Under the pieces are notes generated by a model. It made no database searches, had not been told where the DNA came from, and was given only the letters and a program-made list of their open reading frames with translations. Of a DNA stretch of 24,000 nt, positions 23,833 to 24,000 are shown in pieces (the stretch's first letter is position 1; every line of letters begins with the position of its first letter). Location: NCBI GenBank assembly GCA_027310305.1, contig DAIDBD010000008.1:8137-32136 (forward strand), read 5' to 3'. A program made the translations under genes and the position numbers. The stretch is from Herminiimonas sp. GTDB taxonomy: Bacteria > Pseudomonadota > Gammaproteobacteria > Burkholderiales > Burkholderiaceae_D.

Positions 23833-24000
23833 ATGAATCCGACACTGAACACGGCGCCGAACATACCGCTCGCCGATGATTTTTATGAAGCGCTGATCGA
23901 CATTCACCGTGACCTGACCGAAGCGCAAAGCCAAATGCTGAACGCGAAGCTGATTCTGCTATTGGCTAATCATGTCGGGGATTTGAACGTCTTGCGAGAA
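23833..24000 (+). CDS. DUF2783-like small protein, 5' part (truncated by the window end)
   Basis: My own translation from ATG 23833 (GGGAAAAG upstream; an in-frame ATG at 23821 is also possible) gives MNPTLNTAPNIPLADDFYEALIDIHRDLTEAQSQMLNAKLILLLANHVGDLNVLRE. It is open to the window end. The NAKLILLLANHVGDL segment resembles DUF2783 proteins as I recall them. Confidence 0.6.
   Translation, partial: MNPTLNTAPNIPLADDFYEALIDIHRDLTEAQSQMLNAKLILLLANHVGDLNVLRE

Overview
Moderately GC-rich proteobacterial chromosome. The protein families and gene order look betaproteobacterial or Burkholderiales-like, but that is only a guess because no database search was possible. All calls rest on reading the supplied ORF translations, motifs and the DNA. 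The window holds five blocks. (1) Bases 1-5764 (+): a tightly packed nine-gene operon. Its order is NnrS (truncated at the window edge), DUF4149-like membrane protein, a cbb3-type haem-copper oxidase subunit I with a CcoS-like N-terminal extension, CcoO-like subunit II, a 7Fe FdxA-type ferredoxin, a monohaem CcoP-like cytochrome c, SCO1/SenC, an unknown polytopic membrane protein, and a group III truncated haemoglobin. (2) 6220-7926 (-): a YbaL/Kef-type CPA2 cation:proton antiporter. (3) 8083-13278 (-): a Liv-type ABC importer, made of binding protein, LivH-type permease, fused LivM-LivG and LivF-type ATPase. Its binding-protein gene is separated from the permease genes by a terminator plus a 360-bp palindromic repeat element. 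(4) 13695-21174: paaX divergent from paaABCDE-paaG-paaI-paaK, with a clear PaaX-type operator overlapping a sigma70-like promoter. (5) 21187-24000 (+): a module appended to paaK, consisting of a non-canonical MBL-fold protein, a class A FAD aromatic hydroxylase and a DUF2783 small protein cut by the window end. Three intergenic sites carry members of one REP/MITE-like repeat family. The best candidates for something new are the self-contained cbb3-like oxidase module in NO-stress gene context, the MBL/FAD/DUF2783 module riding on the paa operon, and the modular repeat family. Many long antisense ORFs in the track are GC-bias shadows and were rejected.
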